A DNA stretch of 64,000 nucleotides, taken from NCBI GenBank assembly GCA_963669175.1, contig OY769902.1, positions 4,032,001 through 4,096,000 of the forward strand, read 5' to 3'. Source of the DNA: a bacterium. GTDB lineage: Bacteria; Electryoneota; Electryoneia; Electryoneales; Electryoneaceae. Positions 21,001-30,204 of this stretch are shown piece after piece. A model generated the notes under the pieces. That model was not told the origin of the DNA, made no database searches, and saw only the letters and a program-made list of their open reading frames with translations. A program made the position numbers and the translations under genes. How positions within the stretch are numbered: the stretch's first letter is position 1; the number at the start of each line of letters is the position of its first letter.

Positions 21001-23049
21001 ATCCGGCACACCATCACCGTCGCCGCTTGTACCGCCTGTACCATTATCCACATAGCTGATATCAATCCAACCGACGCGAGAAGTCGGATCCTGAACATCG
21101 ATATCAATCTGTTCCGGTTTGTAATGACGTTTAACAACTGTCACAGTAGCTTCACCAGGCGCACGAACCATGGCTTCGAGGGTTACAAGGCCATCAGCAT
21201 CCGTAAGCTTGGTTACCTGGATTTCTTCACCTTCGCTGTACTTGTAGAATGTGACAAGCGCATCCGCGACAGGCCCATTATTATCAACAACTTCAACAGT
21301 GATTGAGTTTTCGCCAAGTTCCAACTCTTCAACCACGTCAACGGTCAAGTAGCGCGGGACATCTACCCAGGTCCAGATCGTGGGGTCGCCCATGAGATTG
21401 AACCATTGCAGGAAGTTGTTAATACCGGAATCGTCATGACCATGATAATTGGCCCAGCCATTGACTTTTCCCATATATATCATGTCGCCCAGGGCCGGCA
21501 TTTCAAGTTGCATCATTGCCCAGCAGGCGCCGCCTGAAACACAGTTGTTGTAGTTTGGTTCCGTGGAAGTCGTCGCCATGGACATGCCACATACACCACC
21601 GGTTGGCACAGCAACAGTTCCCGCACGCATGTAGCATTCGTTGATACCTGTGCTGCCTGCCCAGTCGCCGGTTCCGCAGGTAACATCTACAACAACCGGC
21701 GTCATGTAATCATTGTCCAGATTGTTGATCTGTGTACACGTTATTCCCGAGTTGTAATAACCACGGGCACAGTAGAAGCTGACGCCATCGTTAATTCTCT
21801 GGATGGCAACATTGTTACCGATATTGTAGGATGTATCAACCTGGGCATAGCCCAAAGCCAGCATGGCATGACGTACATATCGCAACATGACAATCTTGCT
21901 GATGCCTGCGTGCGAATCCGAACGATTCAACATGCCACGATTGTACCATGTCGTATCGGCCATGTAAGGATCACGCTCATAGTTGAACACCTTGCTGTTG
22001 TACTTCGCAATATCTTGAACGCTATTGACCGAAATACGTCCAACACCAACATCAGCAAGGTTATCATTACCTGCCAGTTCAGAATAGGGTTGATCACCAG
22101 GTCCATACCCGGAGGCGCCTGGCGGTGTTGGGAATGAGCCGCCATCATCACCGATAATGACGACGTAATCGAACTTGGGATCCGATGCTTCGAACCGTTC
22201 TTCAAGTTCATCCTTAATTGAGGCAGCCGACCAGTTGACATCGCTATCGGTCAGGAAGTCCAGCACCCATCCACGCTGACGTTTCCATTCAATCCAATCT
22301 TCCAGCGCTGCCCACAGAACGGGGTCATCCTGCATCACCACCTGGACATGCCCACGATACAGGGTGTATTCATCCAGCTCATCATCATCCCAATCGAGAA
22401 GCAGCCTGTAAGCCGGGAGGAAAGCTTCGCTGATCTTGGTGGGCCAGTGTGAAATGACGTTCCTGTTATCTATACCTTCAAACCTGATATCGACTTCAAT
22501 ATTGGTGTAAACCCTGACTTCCCTGCGAGCAGTATTCACCTGCACGGGATAGGTCACGAGATTTGCCACTCGGAAATCATGGAAAACGGCCGGTTCACCA
22601 ACCTTGGCCAATTCTCCAGGATACCACTCATCAACCGGATTATCTGTCGGGGCAAAGATTTCATCCAGTCCCTGTCCCAGGTAGGTGGCATAATCGACAT
22701 CGGAATACACCTGGTATTCTGCATCGACAACCTCAACCACGACCCCTGATTGCGGTGGGATACGGAACATACGCCCGGTAACAGGAACAACAGGCATTCC
22801 GATATCTGTTGTCGCGCCTGCCAACGAATAACTGACCACCTCAGCTTCCGAACCCGATTCACCGACAGTAAACCATTCGGGGTCATTTACCTGGAGACTG
22901 AGCTGCATTCTATCGGATGACAGTACGCGCTGTTCTACTTGCAGGGGGATGGAGTTTTGTGCCGCGAACTCATCAACTTTCCGTGTTGTTCCGAGCACAA
23001 GACTGGCAGTTAAAACGAGGCCAAGCACAACGGTTACAAAGCGCTTCAT
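18001..23049 (-). CDS. Gingipain-like C25 (clan CD) peptidase-family protein with propeptide, Ig-like and beta-propeller-like domains and T9SS-type tail
   Basis: Signal peptide; C25 propeptide-like region (GMPVVPV...YPVQVN); catalytic-domain motifs WKRQRG, YVVIIGD, GVGRIS, YERDP, VDVTCGTGDW, NLMGDP; tail AYPNPFNPS...RKIVLMK. The canonical GHG His motif reads ARGY. Confidence 0.88.
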   Translation of the reverse strand: MKRFVTVVLGLVLTASLVLGTTRKVDEFAAQNSIPLQVEQRVLSSDRMQLSLQVNDPEWFTVGESGSEAEVVSYSLAGATTDIGMPVVPVTGRMFRIPPQSGVVVEVVDAEYQVYSDVDYATYLGQGLDEIFAPTDNPVDEWYPGELAKVGEPAVFHDFRVANLVTYPVQVNTARREVRVYTNIEVDIRFEGIDNRNVISHWPTKISEAFLPAYRLLLDWDDDELDEYTLYRGHVQVVMQDDPVLWAALEDWIEWKRQRGWVLDFLTDSDVNWSAASIKDELEERFEASDPKFDYVVIIGDDGGSFPTPPGASGYGPGDQPYSELAGNDNLADVGVGRISVNSVQDIAKYNSKVFNYERDPYMADTTWYNRGMLNRSDSHAGISKIVMLRYVRHAMLALGYAQVDTSYNIGNNVAIQRINDGVSFYCARGYYNSGITCTQINNLDNDYMTPVVVDVTCGTGDWAGSTGINECYMRAGTVAVPTGGVCGMSMATTSTEPNYNNCVSGGACWAMMQLEMPALGDMIYMGKVNGWANYHGHDDSGINNFLQWFNLMGDPTIWTWVDVPRYLTVDVVEELELGENSITVEVVDNNGPVADALVTFYKYSEGEEIQVTKLTDADGLVTLEAMVRAPGEATVTVVKRHYKPEQIDIDVQDPTSRVGWIDISYVDNGTGGTSGDGDGVPDAGETVGLQMELKNYGTSAVTNIEVSAEENEDWITSVSGSITLTTLAADAQAEGNGLILVEIDPEAQHDWILHLNLTAETSAGDFEDACEINVQAPAYGFVELDIDGSFNPGEISNADITVRNIGGNTASTSTAYLYSNDPYVRISQAEDNLSAMVVNQTATGSFALEAHEGAMPGYVGWIHMVVTTNDGNVDTVGIPVEVGTRESTDPNGPDNYGYFAFDNTDTGYEEFAPTYNWVEINPDADEDYVGHSLNLSDATENADDGCTIDLPFDVQYYGQAFDEISITTNGYAAFGRNADVTLSRNWTIPSPLGPNNMLAVYWDELRTANSTDILYYHDSPNGRFIIEWYDMKHANASYSCTFELIIYSQDERPTWTGDNDILFQYNHVQHSTNGDGYPMYDVPFWTTGIENETQSDGILISYWNEYTAGSATIEDGRAILFTTNIPLIVGHIQGNISAAGSGDPVVGALIGTENGLFEAFTDAEGNYFLENVMIGPVTFNIEADCYNTLFNQVLTVTENETLNVDFELNHPEFVVEPLAISDSLQGTETATHSMWVYNPGNGVMNWDAHYDFEPDESTTGKPGSGAGVERTTSDELDDEWDAVYNFDLTDDDMHHRGVEFDGKNFWFSGSNNYDVSGPNKMYMYSRTGELLKTCDQPVPAENRSSQGFYGLEWDGEYMYGADGSTMYQMSFVEQDSTWETVSTFEIPTNPARYIAKDPETGNFFVGDYGTEIRVVHPDSSNTLREFGQGFSPRGAAWFPEDEDGYNLYFIAYVNGDNEGWIIKMNPESGDTMQVNSYEYDGVVPCGACISYLWNPQIWMFASLMDGGDQDHVQLWEVEQFDAWIHLNTTEGTIAPGDSQEVVVEMTAGNLPPEKYDIYIRYDHDACIAEDNFVHIVMTVPGTDIEDDQPGEAQPLEWAFEGAYPNPFNPSTTVAFALKNTADVRLSVYNLLGQEVVRLVDQPMQSGRHTVTFDGSRFASGIYFLHLNAGPLRETRKIVLMK

Positions 23050-23166
23050 GCGTTTTCCTCCAAGCGGGCAAATCAGGGTTCACGGTTAAGAAAACAAAAA
23101 AGCACCCAACCAGGTGCACGTTTGTTTTCAGATCAATGGCGCCACGTGCTATAAATAAACTAGTAA

Positions 23167-23193
23167 GAAAAACCTCCCTTACGACAGGGAGGT
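23167..23193 (-). terminator. Putative intrinsic terminator after the carboxypeptidase gene
   Basis: ACCTCCCT...AGGGAGGT stem followed on the minus strand by a T-run. Confidence 0.5.
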
Positions 23194-23249
23194 ATATACA
23201 AAAACAGAAAAAAACTGAGCCACAGTTCCCAAAGGAGCCTGTTCTTCCT

Positions 23250-25547
23250 TTACTTCAACAATACCAATTTGCGCCAAACAGAATGACTCTCTTTGTCACC
23301 GTTCATTTGTACCCTGGCAAAGTAGAAGCCGGATGACCACGTTGTTCCATTCAGCGCAACGGTCATCACACCAGCCTGTTGCTTGCGGTAAATCCCAGAA
23401 TATACTTCACGTCCCAGAATGTCAAATACCGTTACATCTACCTGGGCGGTGGCAGGCAAAGTTACACGCAATGACGTTTCCGGATTGAATGGATTCGGAT
23501 AGGCTTCTGAAACAGCGAATTCATCTGGCAATCCAGTAGCCTCATCAAGCACAAAGTCCGTCGTATCCGGGATAGTATCGAATACTGTCGCTACAAGTGT
23601 AGACCACTCTGAGACCTGCCCCTGGGCATCTTTTGTTCTTGCCTTGTACCACCTGGTTTCAGGTATCGCAAGACTGTCCGGGTATTCGACAGACCAACTG
23701 GTATCTGTAGCGCTCGAAACCAGGAGGTTGATCGATTCAAATCCAAGGACTGGCGAGACGTTATCAATGACTATCCCGTATTCGTTCACGTAAGTGTCCG
23801 TGATATAGCTGAAACGAATGAGAATATCCTGCCCGGTATAATCATTCAACGGGAACACAGCCTCGGTCCATTCATCAATGAAACCGGTGATTCCATTGCC
23901 AAGGTTCGCGCCATTGGGATCTTCATCAGTGGTTATATTACCAGCCAGGTTCACCCAGGAGACGCCGTCAGTAGATGCCTTTACGTACGCATAATCCCAC
24001 CCGTCTTCGATTTCATAGATACAGTGGAATCGAAGCGTGTCATTGTCCTCAACATGGTAATAGTTCATCGATGTCATGGAGTTGTTCAGGTTTGCCCCAG
24101 ATCCAGACGAATATGCCGCAGGCGCTGAATAGCAGAGATCGCCGGTGACATAAAACCCATCAAAATCCCAGAGATTCAGGTAGGTATCAGGATTAACCAT
24201 GTCCTCGTAGAAAGGAAACATCATTTCCTGGAGGTCAAAGGTATAGGGTGCGTTCAGGTCAAGTTCATCTGTATTTAACCAGGCCACCTCGAAATCATCA
24301 TACACGGTATCGGGCGCAGACACTACTGGTGCGGTAGGAATTCGTAAGGATTCCAACATGCTTGCCATTCGCAAAACAGCCATCATCGGTGCAAGCTGCG
24401 CTTCTGTGAGATCATCGATACGATTTGTTGCAGGCCAGAACCCATCCTGCGCCGAACCAACTTCGAAAACAAAACCAAATGTATTGTAATCACAAGCGCC
24501 CTCTTGCCAGTCAGTAGCATCACCGTTTACAGCGTAGAGGATATCAGGCGCGCGTCCATGAGACCAGCCAAGAGTTTCGTTCAGCGTATCTGTCAGGACT
24601 TCATATAGTTCCAGGTCTTCCGGCAATTCGTCAACATCATAGGCGTATGGATACAATATCAGGTTGCTGTAGGAGTGATAGTTGATAATAATTTTGAACT
24701 CATGTGCATTGATGAAATCCATCATGGCCTGGGTTTCAGGTTCCGAACCTGCCGTCACCCCACGGTACGTTGTGGCCGAGGGATTTGGGGAACTGCCTTC
24801 ATTATCGTAGCCCCACATGTAGGGCCAGTTGCGATTCAGGTCTACTCCCATGATCTGGTTGTTGATCTGGCGTTTGTTCTTGCGCCACATACCGCCGCCA
24901 TTGGGATCGTTTTCTTCGTTGTACGTATACCCGTCGGGGTTTACAACAGGGATCATCCAGATTTCTCTGTCGTTGATCAGGTTTGCCAATTCTGCATCGC
25001 TATCGTAGTTGTCGCAAATATATTCCGTAAAATTCATGAGAATGAGTGGAGTAATGACCTCTCGTGCATGAATAGCAGCATTGAAGAAGACTTCCAGTTC
25101 TTCTTCATCATCATTGGGATTATCACTGATCTTGAATGCCCAGATCGGCCTCTCCTCCAGCGAATAACCAATGGTATCCACTTCGCTGATCAGGTCAGGG
25201 TAGGTTTCCAGCATATCATCATACCACTCACGGATCTCACTCCAGGTGGGATACCCGCCCATGTCATCGAGCTCATAATCCAACCTGCTACGGTAAAATG
25301 CTTCCAGGTCATCCTGTACAACTCTGAAAGAAAGCCCGGTCGTTGATAAACGCTCCACATCACCCGGCCATGCAAGCACCTGGGCTACGGGAGGTTGTAT
25401 ACTCAAGACATCAAAACCACCGGCGAGAAGCTGAGAAGCAGAATTTCTATCTGTGATATCCACTTCCAGCAGTTGAGTCGCAAATGCAGAAGTCGCTATC
25501 AACAGTACCGCCAGCGCGCAACCGATAAACCGTGCTCGTTTTACCAT
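23250..25547 (-). CDS. Secreted M14 zinc carboxypeptidase (carboxypeptidase T-like) with propeptide, jelly-roll/immune-inhibitor-like domain and T9SS-type tail
   Basis: Zn/catalytic motifs AIHARE, WRKN, DLNRN, NYHSY and FVFEV are all intact; EDGWDYAYV module; tail AYPNPFNP...RKLVLLK. Confidence 0.93.
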   Translation of the reverse strand: MVKRARFIGCALAVLLIATSAFATQLLEVDITDRNSASQLLAGGFDVLSIQPPVAQVLAWPGDVERLSTTGLSFRVVQDDLEAFYRSRLDYELDDMGGYPTWSEIREWYDDMLETYPDLISEVDTIGYSLEERPIWAFKISDNPNDDEEELEVFFNAAIHAREVITPLILMNFTEYICDNYDSDAELANLINDREIWMIPVVNPDGYTYNEENDPNGGGMWRKNKRQINNQIMGVDLNRNWPYMWGYDNEGSSPNPSATTYRGVTAGSEPETQAMMDFINAHEFKIIINYHSYSNLILYPYAYDVDELPEDLELYEVLTDTLNETLGWSHGRAPDILYAVNGDATDWQEGACDYNTFGFVFEVGSAQDGFWPATNRIDDLTEAQLAPMMAVLRMASMLESLRIPTAPVVSAPDTVYDDFEVAWLNTDELDLNAPYTFDLQEMMFPFYEDMVNPDTYLNLWDFDGFYVTGDLCYSAPAAYSSGSGANLNNSMTSMNYYHVEDNDTLRFHCIYEIEDGWDYAYVKASTDGVSWVNLAGNITTDEDPNGANLGNGITGFIDEWTEAVFPLNDYTGQDILIRFSYITDTYVNEYGIVIDNVSPVLGFESINLLVSSATDTSWSVEYPDSLAIPETRWYKARTKDAQGQVSEWSTLVATVFDTIPDTTDFVLDEATGLPDEFAVSEAYPNPFNPETSLRVTLPATAQVDVTVFDILGREVYSGIYRKQQAGVMTVALNGTTWSSGFYFARVQMNGDKESHSVWRKLVLLK

Positions 25548-25626
25548 GTTCCCTTTTCCTCATCTTTTGTCAGCAAGCAGGAATAATATAGTGACCCATA
25601 TCGAATTCAGTCTACACGCTTAGCAC

Positions 25627-25663
25627 AAAAAAAACAGACCGCTCACGAATCGCAAGCGGTCTG
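25627..25663 (-). terminator. Intrinsic terminator of the chemoreceptor gene
   Basis: CAGACCGCT...AGCGGTCTG stem plus 8 T on the minus strand. Confidence 0.75.
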
Positions 25664-25696
25664 ATGGCACTCAACTGGTAGATCATTTGCTGATCA

Positions 25697-28168
25697 TTAG
25701 AAGCTACCGAAATCAGCATCGTCAAGGGCAATCACTTCTTCCGGTCGAACCTCGCCCGACTTTTTCCCATTTCCAATTGCTTTCCTTGGCGCCCCACCCC
25801 ATTCGGAATCAGAACGACGTTTTTTCGGTTCAGATGGGATTGCCCGCCCTATCATCTTCGGCCGTGAATCCGACTTCAGTTTGAACTTGGACAGCATTTG
25901 CTTCAGATGCACTGCCTGGCTTGACAATTCTTCCGCCGCCGACGCGCTTTCTTCAGCATTGGATGTATTTCCCTGGGTAACTTGTTCTACCTGTTGCAAC
26001 GCTTCATTGATCTGGTCAATTCCCTGGGTCTGTTCGTTTGAAGCCATTGAGATATCACCGATCAGGTCGTTCACCTTGGTGATGCCATCGACAATCTCCC
26101 CAAGCGCCTCCGCGGTTTCGTTGGCGATTTTGGCCCCGGCTTCTACTCTCTTGCCGGATCCCTCGATCAGTTCAGTCGTCTCCTTGGCTGCTGTCGCGGA
26201 ACGCTGTGCAAGATTACGCACTTCATCCGCGACCACGGCAAATCCCTTCCCGTGGACACCGGCACGCGCCGCTTCCACTGCCGCATTCAACGCAAGCAGG
26301 TTAGTCTGGAAGGCAATCTCATCGATCACCTTGATGATCTTGGAAATCTCGGTTGAACTGCTGTTGATGTCCTGCATTGCATTGAGCATCTGCTGCATCT
26401 GGCTATTCCCCTTTTCAGCAGAATTACGCGCATCATCAGCAAGACGATTTGCCTGTCCGGCATTCTCTGCGTTCAACTTGGTTTGAGATCCAATCTGCGT
26501 CATGGTTGAGGTGATCTCTTCCAGCGAGCTGGCCTGTTCAGTGGCCCCTTGCGACAATGACTGGCTGGAATCAGAAACCTCCTGTGAACCGGAAGACACC
26601 TGGTCTACTGCCAAGGCAACCTGTGACAGAATATCGTTGAGCCCTGCGCATGTATTCTGAAGTCCGGTTGCGATATCTGCAAAGGAATCCCGTACCGCAC
26701 GTGTATCTTCATCAGCCTCTTCAATCTCATAGTGGACGGTAAGATCACCATCCGCCACATTGGACAAAACATCCGAAATCTTCCGTACTTCATGCGCCTG
26801 GAATTTCGCCACTTTGTCCGCTTTCTTCTGCGCACGCTTGATATCTGTCTGGTCCGACACAATTTCAAGCGCACCAATCACTTCACCCTTCAGGTCTTTC
26901 ACTGGAACACCGACATAGGATATCTCAAGCTCTGTGCCGGCTTGTGGAGTAGCCTGGGTTTCGCTCTTTTCCATCGCATTGGAACGCATTGCACGAGCAC
27001 ATGCACAGTTGGGCGTATTACAGTCTTTGGTCTTGAAGTGGTCGTAGCATTTCTTACCACGCACCTGGTCAGGGGTTTTCCCGCCAACTGAAGCGCCAAC
27101 GCTATTGATGTATCGAATATTCATCGCCTTGTCGATAATCATTGCCGGTGCGGGAACAGCGTTCAGATGCCCGACGAGTGTCTCGATGACTTCATTACCA
27201 CCCTTGACAATGGCGCTATACGCACCCTTGAACTTCCCTGCATCGCCACGTTTCTCCAGGCGTCCTTCTACTGCGGCGATAACCAGGTTGGAAAACTCTT
27301 CATCAAGTGTCTTCAGTTCTTCACAAACTCTGAGAAGTGACTTGCCAAGAACATCCTGTTCTGAGGCGATCTGGAAATTGCAATCGGTAATACCTTGAGC
27401 CAGGTTTTCCGAGATTTTGACTTTCAGCTTCAAATTGTCCTGCATGGTTCTGAATGAATCAGCCAACTTCCCGATCTCATCCATTTGGTTAATCTGGACA
27501 TCTTCATTCACATTGCCAAGCGCAATCGCATCGGCAGATGCCTGGAGCTTGCGTATGGGAGCTGTGATCGACTTTGTAATCGCCAGAGCAACAATAATAC
27601 TGAGTACAATTCCCAGTGCAATAAACAGGAAGGTGGCGTTCTTGGCGCTGCCTTGCCTGTCAAGCATGATTTGCTTTTCCATCGCACGGAAATCTTCCAC
27701 TTCTTCCAGGACAGTCTTTGCAGTTTGAACAAACGAGTTGTTCAGTTGTGACAGGGAAACCTCATCCATTTCATTATACATGCCGGCGATATAGGCTTCG
27801 CCCGCACGCTTGTAGTTCCCCATAGCGCCACCGATAGCATCAAGCTGTTTCTGAGCTTCTTTGCTACGAGTCTGATGGCGAACCTCCTCAATAAGCTCCT
27901 CGGTACTGGCAATATGTTCTCGCCACCTGTCTATCGAGGTCTTGTTATCGGCCCCGTTGGGACTGATGCCGTAGACATACATACCCATTCGCTCAGTACC
28001 GCAATGCAGCATGTTCTTCACCATACGATTCGCATCATCTGCAATCTCTACAGCATGCTGCACACCATTAAAGCCTCTGACAGCAAATACACCAAGCAAT
28101 ACGGTCAGCACAAGCAAAGCGCCGAAACCAACTGCCAACTTCACGCCTACCTTCATGTTTTTGAGCAT
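25697..28168 (-). CDS. Methyl-accepting chemotaxis protein (TM-sensor-TM, HAMPs, PAS, signalling domain)
   Basis: [37 protein letters not shown] hairpin; C-terminal pentapeptide DFGSF. Confidence 0.96.
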   Translation of the reverse strand: MLKNMKVGVKLAVGFGALLVLTVLLGVFAVRGFNGVQHAVEIADDANRMVKNMLHCGTERMGMYVYGISPNGADNKTSIDRWREHIASTEELIEEVRHQTRSKEAQKQLDAIGGAMGNYKRAGEAYIAGMYNEMDEVSLSQLNNSFVQTAKTVLEEVEDFRAMEKQIMLDRQGSAKNATFLFIALGIVLSIIVALAITKSITAPIRKLQASADAIALGNVNEDVQINQMDEIGKLADSFRTMQDNLKLKVKISENLAQGITDCNFQIASEQDVLGKSLLRVCEELKTLDEEFSNLVIAAVEGRLEKRGDAGKFKGAYSAIVKGGNEVIETLVGHLNAVPAPAMIIDKAMNIRYINSVGASVGGKTPDQVRGKKCYDHFKTKDCNTPNCACARAMRSNAMEKSETQATPQAGTELEISYVGVPVKDLKGEVIGALEIVSDQTDIKRAQKKADKVAKFQAHEVRKISDVLSNVADGDLTVHYEIEEADEDTRAVRDSFADIATGLQNTCAGLNDILSQVALAVDQVSSGSQEVSDSSQSLSQGATEQASSLEEITSTMTQIGSQTKLNAENAGQANRLADDARNSAEKGNSQMQQMLNAMQDINSSSTEISKIIKVIDEIAFQTNLLALNAAVEAARAGVHGKGFAVVADEVRNLAQRSATAAKETTELIEGSGKRVEAGAKIANETAEALGEIVDGITKVNDLIGDISMASNEQTQGIDQINEALQQVEQVTQGNTSNAEESASAAEELSSQAVHLKQMLSKFKLKSDSRPKMIGRAIPSEPKKRRSDSEWGGAPRKAIGNGKKSGEVRPEEVIALDDADFGSF

Positions 28169-28575
28169 GGCACACCTCCATTGGGTGATGGTAAATGCAA
28201 GCTATCTTTCTCGTTCTTTTTCATGTAACGGCAAAGCCATGTTACCAGGCGGTCCGTATCTACTGGCTTCCGTAAAAACAACACATCCGGAAATTCAGCC
28301 AGCCTTAGACGATGACCAATGAGATCAAATCCAGAAACAAAAACGCAGGGAAGTGAAGGATGAATTTTCCTGATTTCATGAAGCAGGGATTCGCTGTTCA
28401 TACGCGCCATATGCAATTCTGTCATTAAAAAATCGACTCTATTGCTGCTCATCCAGGTCAAGGCAGTTCGTACATCCTCAAATCCTTTAATCCGGAATCC
28501 ACGTGAAGCCAGTGAGAAGGTCATTTCACTCAGGCTCGCCAGATCCTCATCTACAATTACTATTCGTGACGCCAT
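28153..28575 (-). CDS. Single-domain atypical response regulator (receiver)
   Basis: RIVIVDED...DFLMTELHM...FVSG...LRKPV receiver pattern; the phospho-acceptor position is Glu; GAGGTG RBS. Confidence 0.8.
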   Translation of the reverse strand: MASRIVIVDEDLASLSEMTFSLASRGFRIKGFEDVRTALTWMSSNRVDFLMTELHMARMNSESLLHEIRKIHPSLPCVFVSGFDLIGHRLRLAEFPDVLFLRKPVDTDRLVTWLCRYMKKNEKDSLHLPSPNGGVPCSKT

Positions 28576-28614
28576 TGTCACCTCATTCCTTACCCCAAAG
28601 CTATTACTGCATTT

Positions 28615-28630
28615 AGCAACTCCTGCTCCA
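28615..28630 (-). promoter_or_regulatory. Sigma54 (-24/-12) promoter
   Basis: Minus strand TGGAGCAGGAGTTGCT = GG-N10-GC, 40 nt upstream of the receiver/MCP operon and just downstream of a sigma54 activator gene. Confidence 0.7.
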
Positions 28631-28686
28631 GTTTTACATATTGACCTATTTCGTTATTATTAATAATGTTACGAGCAGATCTCATA

Positions 28687-28752
28687 TGCACCAAAACGTA
28701 CTCATGCACCGAATGGTGTAGAAAACTTTTCAAGAGCGCACCCATCGGTGCA
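28687..28752. promoter_or_regulatory. Putative enhancer (UAS) sites for a sigma54 activator
   Basis: TGCACC-N4-GGTGTA (28705-28720), CGCACC-N4-GGTGCA (28737-28752) and a degenerate copy at 28687; 60-120 nt upstream of the -24 box with an AT-rich spacer. Confidence 0.6.
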
Positions 28753-28806
28753 TCTTGCGAATCTATAGGGAGTAAAGAATTGGATATTTCGGAATAAAGG
28801 TTGGAG

Positions 28807-30204
28807 TTAGCTCAACTTGCGGAGACGGCTATCCAGTTCACGACGTGTCAAACAGAGGTATTCTGCAGTCTTGGTCTTATTGCCTTCATTCTTTTCCAAT
28901 GCGGCTTTCACCAGGCGTAATTCCAGTTGTTTCAGATCTAATCCATCATCGGGTAAAACCATGTTCTGTGAATCACTCATATAGTTCTCAACTACATGTG
29001 TATCAACGACTTCGCCTGTGAGCAGAGAACTGAGATGTTCTGGTAACAACACCTCTGTGTCATACAGGAAACTGATGCGCGCAATTACATTTTTCAGTTC
29101 ACGAATATTCCCTGGCCAACAATAACTTTCCAGCAGCTTCAACGCTTCAGGATGAATCGTTTTCATCCGTGTTTTTTCCGCCTGCTGCAACTCCATCAGG
29201 AACAGTTCAGCCAGCGCTTTTACCGTTGCAGGACGTTCTCGAAGTGATGAAAGAAAAATCTGGGCCATGTTCAGCCGGTAATAGAGGTCGCTTCTGAAAG
29301 CGCCTGCCTCAACCTGCTCGGCAAGGTTCCGGTTGGTAGCGGCAATCAATCGGAATTCACAGGGCACAGCTCTTGTTCCACCAATGCGAACGATTTCTCT
29401 TGTTTCAAGCGCTCGCAGCAATTTGGGCTGCAAACCTATAGGCATTTCACCAATCTCATCCAGGAGAAGCGTCCCCCCGGACGCCTGTTCCATTTTCCCT
29501 TTCCACCCCGTCTTGCTGGCGCCGGTGAAAGCGCCCGGTTCATAGCCGAACAACTCGCTTTCGAACAGACTCGGCGCAATTGCCGCGCAATTGACGGCAA
29601 CAAACGGTTCTTTTACGCCATCCTTTCCATGATGGATTAACCGTGCTACAACTTCTTTGCCTGTGCCGGTCGCCCCCTGGATTAACACGGGCATGGATTC
29701 ATTGCCATGCAACTTTAAAGCTAACTCCAGGACTTTTCTATCTTCTGGAGTAGCGACGACCATTTTTCCAAAATTCTTGATATCAATGAGCGTCACAGTT
29801 TTATCGGATAATTTCTGTTTATTCATTTGCCTGGTCTCTGTCGAGTTTTCCAGGTTGGCGATGATCTGGGCGACCTCTCGAATATTGATTGGTTTTCGTA
29901 AGTAATCATGCGCGCCATGCCGCATTGCCTCAACCGCTGTATTTACATCGGCAAAACCGGTAATCAGGATGACTTTCGTTTGGGCTGCATAGCTGCTGTT
30001 GGCAATTTTTTGCAGCAACTCGATCCCATCCATCACTGGCATGCGGATATCACTGATGACCACAGGGAAAGGTTCTGCTTTAAATTCTTCCCACGCCTCG
30101 GCGCCATTTTCGCACTGCTCCACCTGATGCGCCAACTGACCTTGTAAAAAATTGGCAATTGACCTGCGACTCAGCTCTTCATCATCAGCGATCAGAATCC
30201 TCAT
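28807..30204 (-). CDS. Sigma54-dependent response regulator (NtrC/AtoC family)
   Basis: Receiver (ISDIRMP), Walker A GATGTGKE, intact GAFTGA, LLLDEIG, WPGNIRELKN, C-terminal Fis-type HTH. Confidence 0.95.
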   Translation of the reverse strand: MRILIADDEELSRRSIANFLQGQLAHQVEQCENGAEAWEEFKAEPFPVVISDIRMPVMDGIELLQKIANSSYAAQTKVILITGFADVNTAVEAMRHGAHDYLRKPINIREVAQIIANLENSTETRQMNKQKLSDKTVTLIDIKNFGKMVVATPEDRKVLELALKLHGNESMPVLIQGATGTGKEVVARLIHHGKDGVKEPFVAVNCAAIAPSLFESELFGYEPGAFTGASKTGWKGKMEQASGGTLLLDEIGEMPIGLQPKLLRALETREIVRIGGTRAVPCEFRLIAATNRNLAEQVEAGAFRSDLYYRLNMAQIFLSSLRERPATVKALAELFLMELQQAEKTRMKTIHPEALKLLESYCWPGNIRELKNVIARISFLYDTEVLLPEHLSSLLTGEVVDTHVVENYMSDSQNMVLPDDGLDLKQLELRLVKAALEKNEGNKTKTAEYLCLTRRELDSRLRKLS

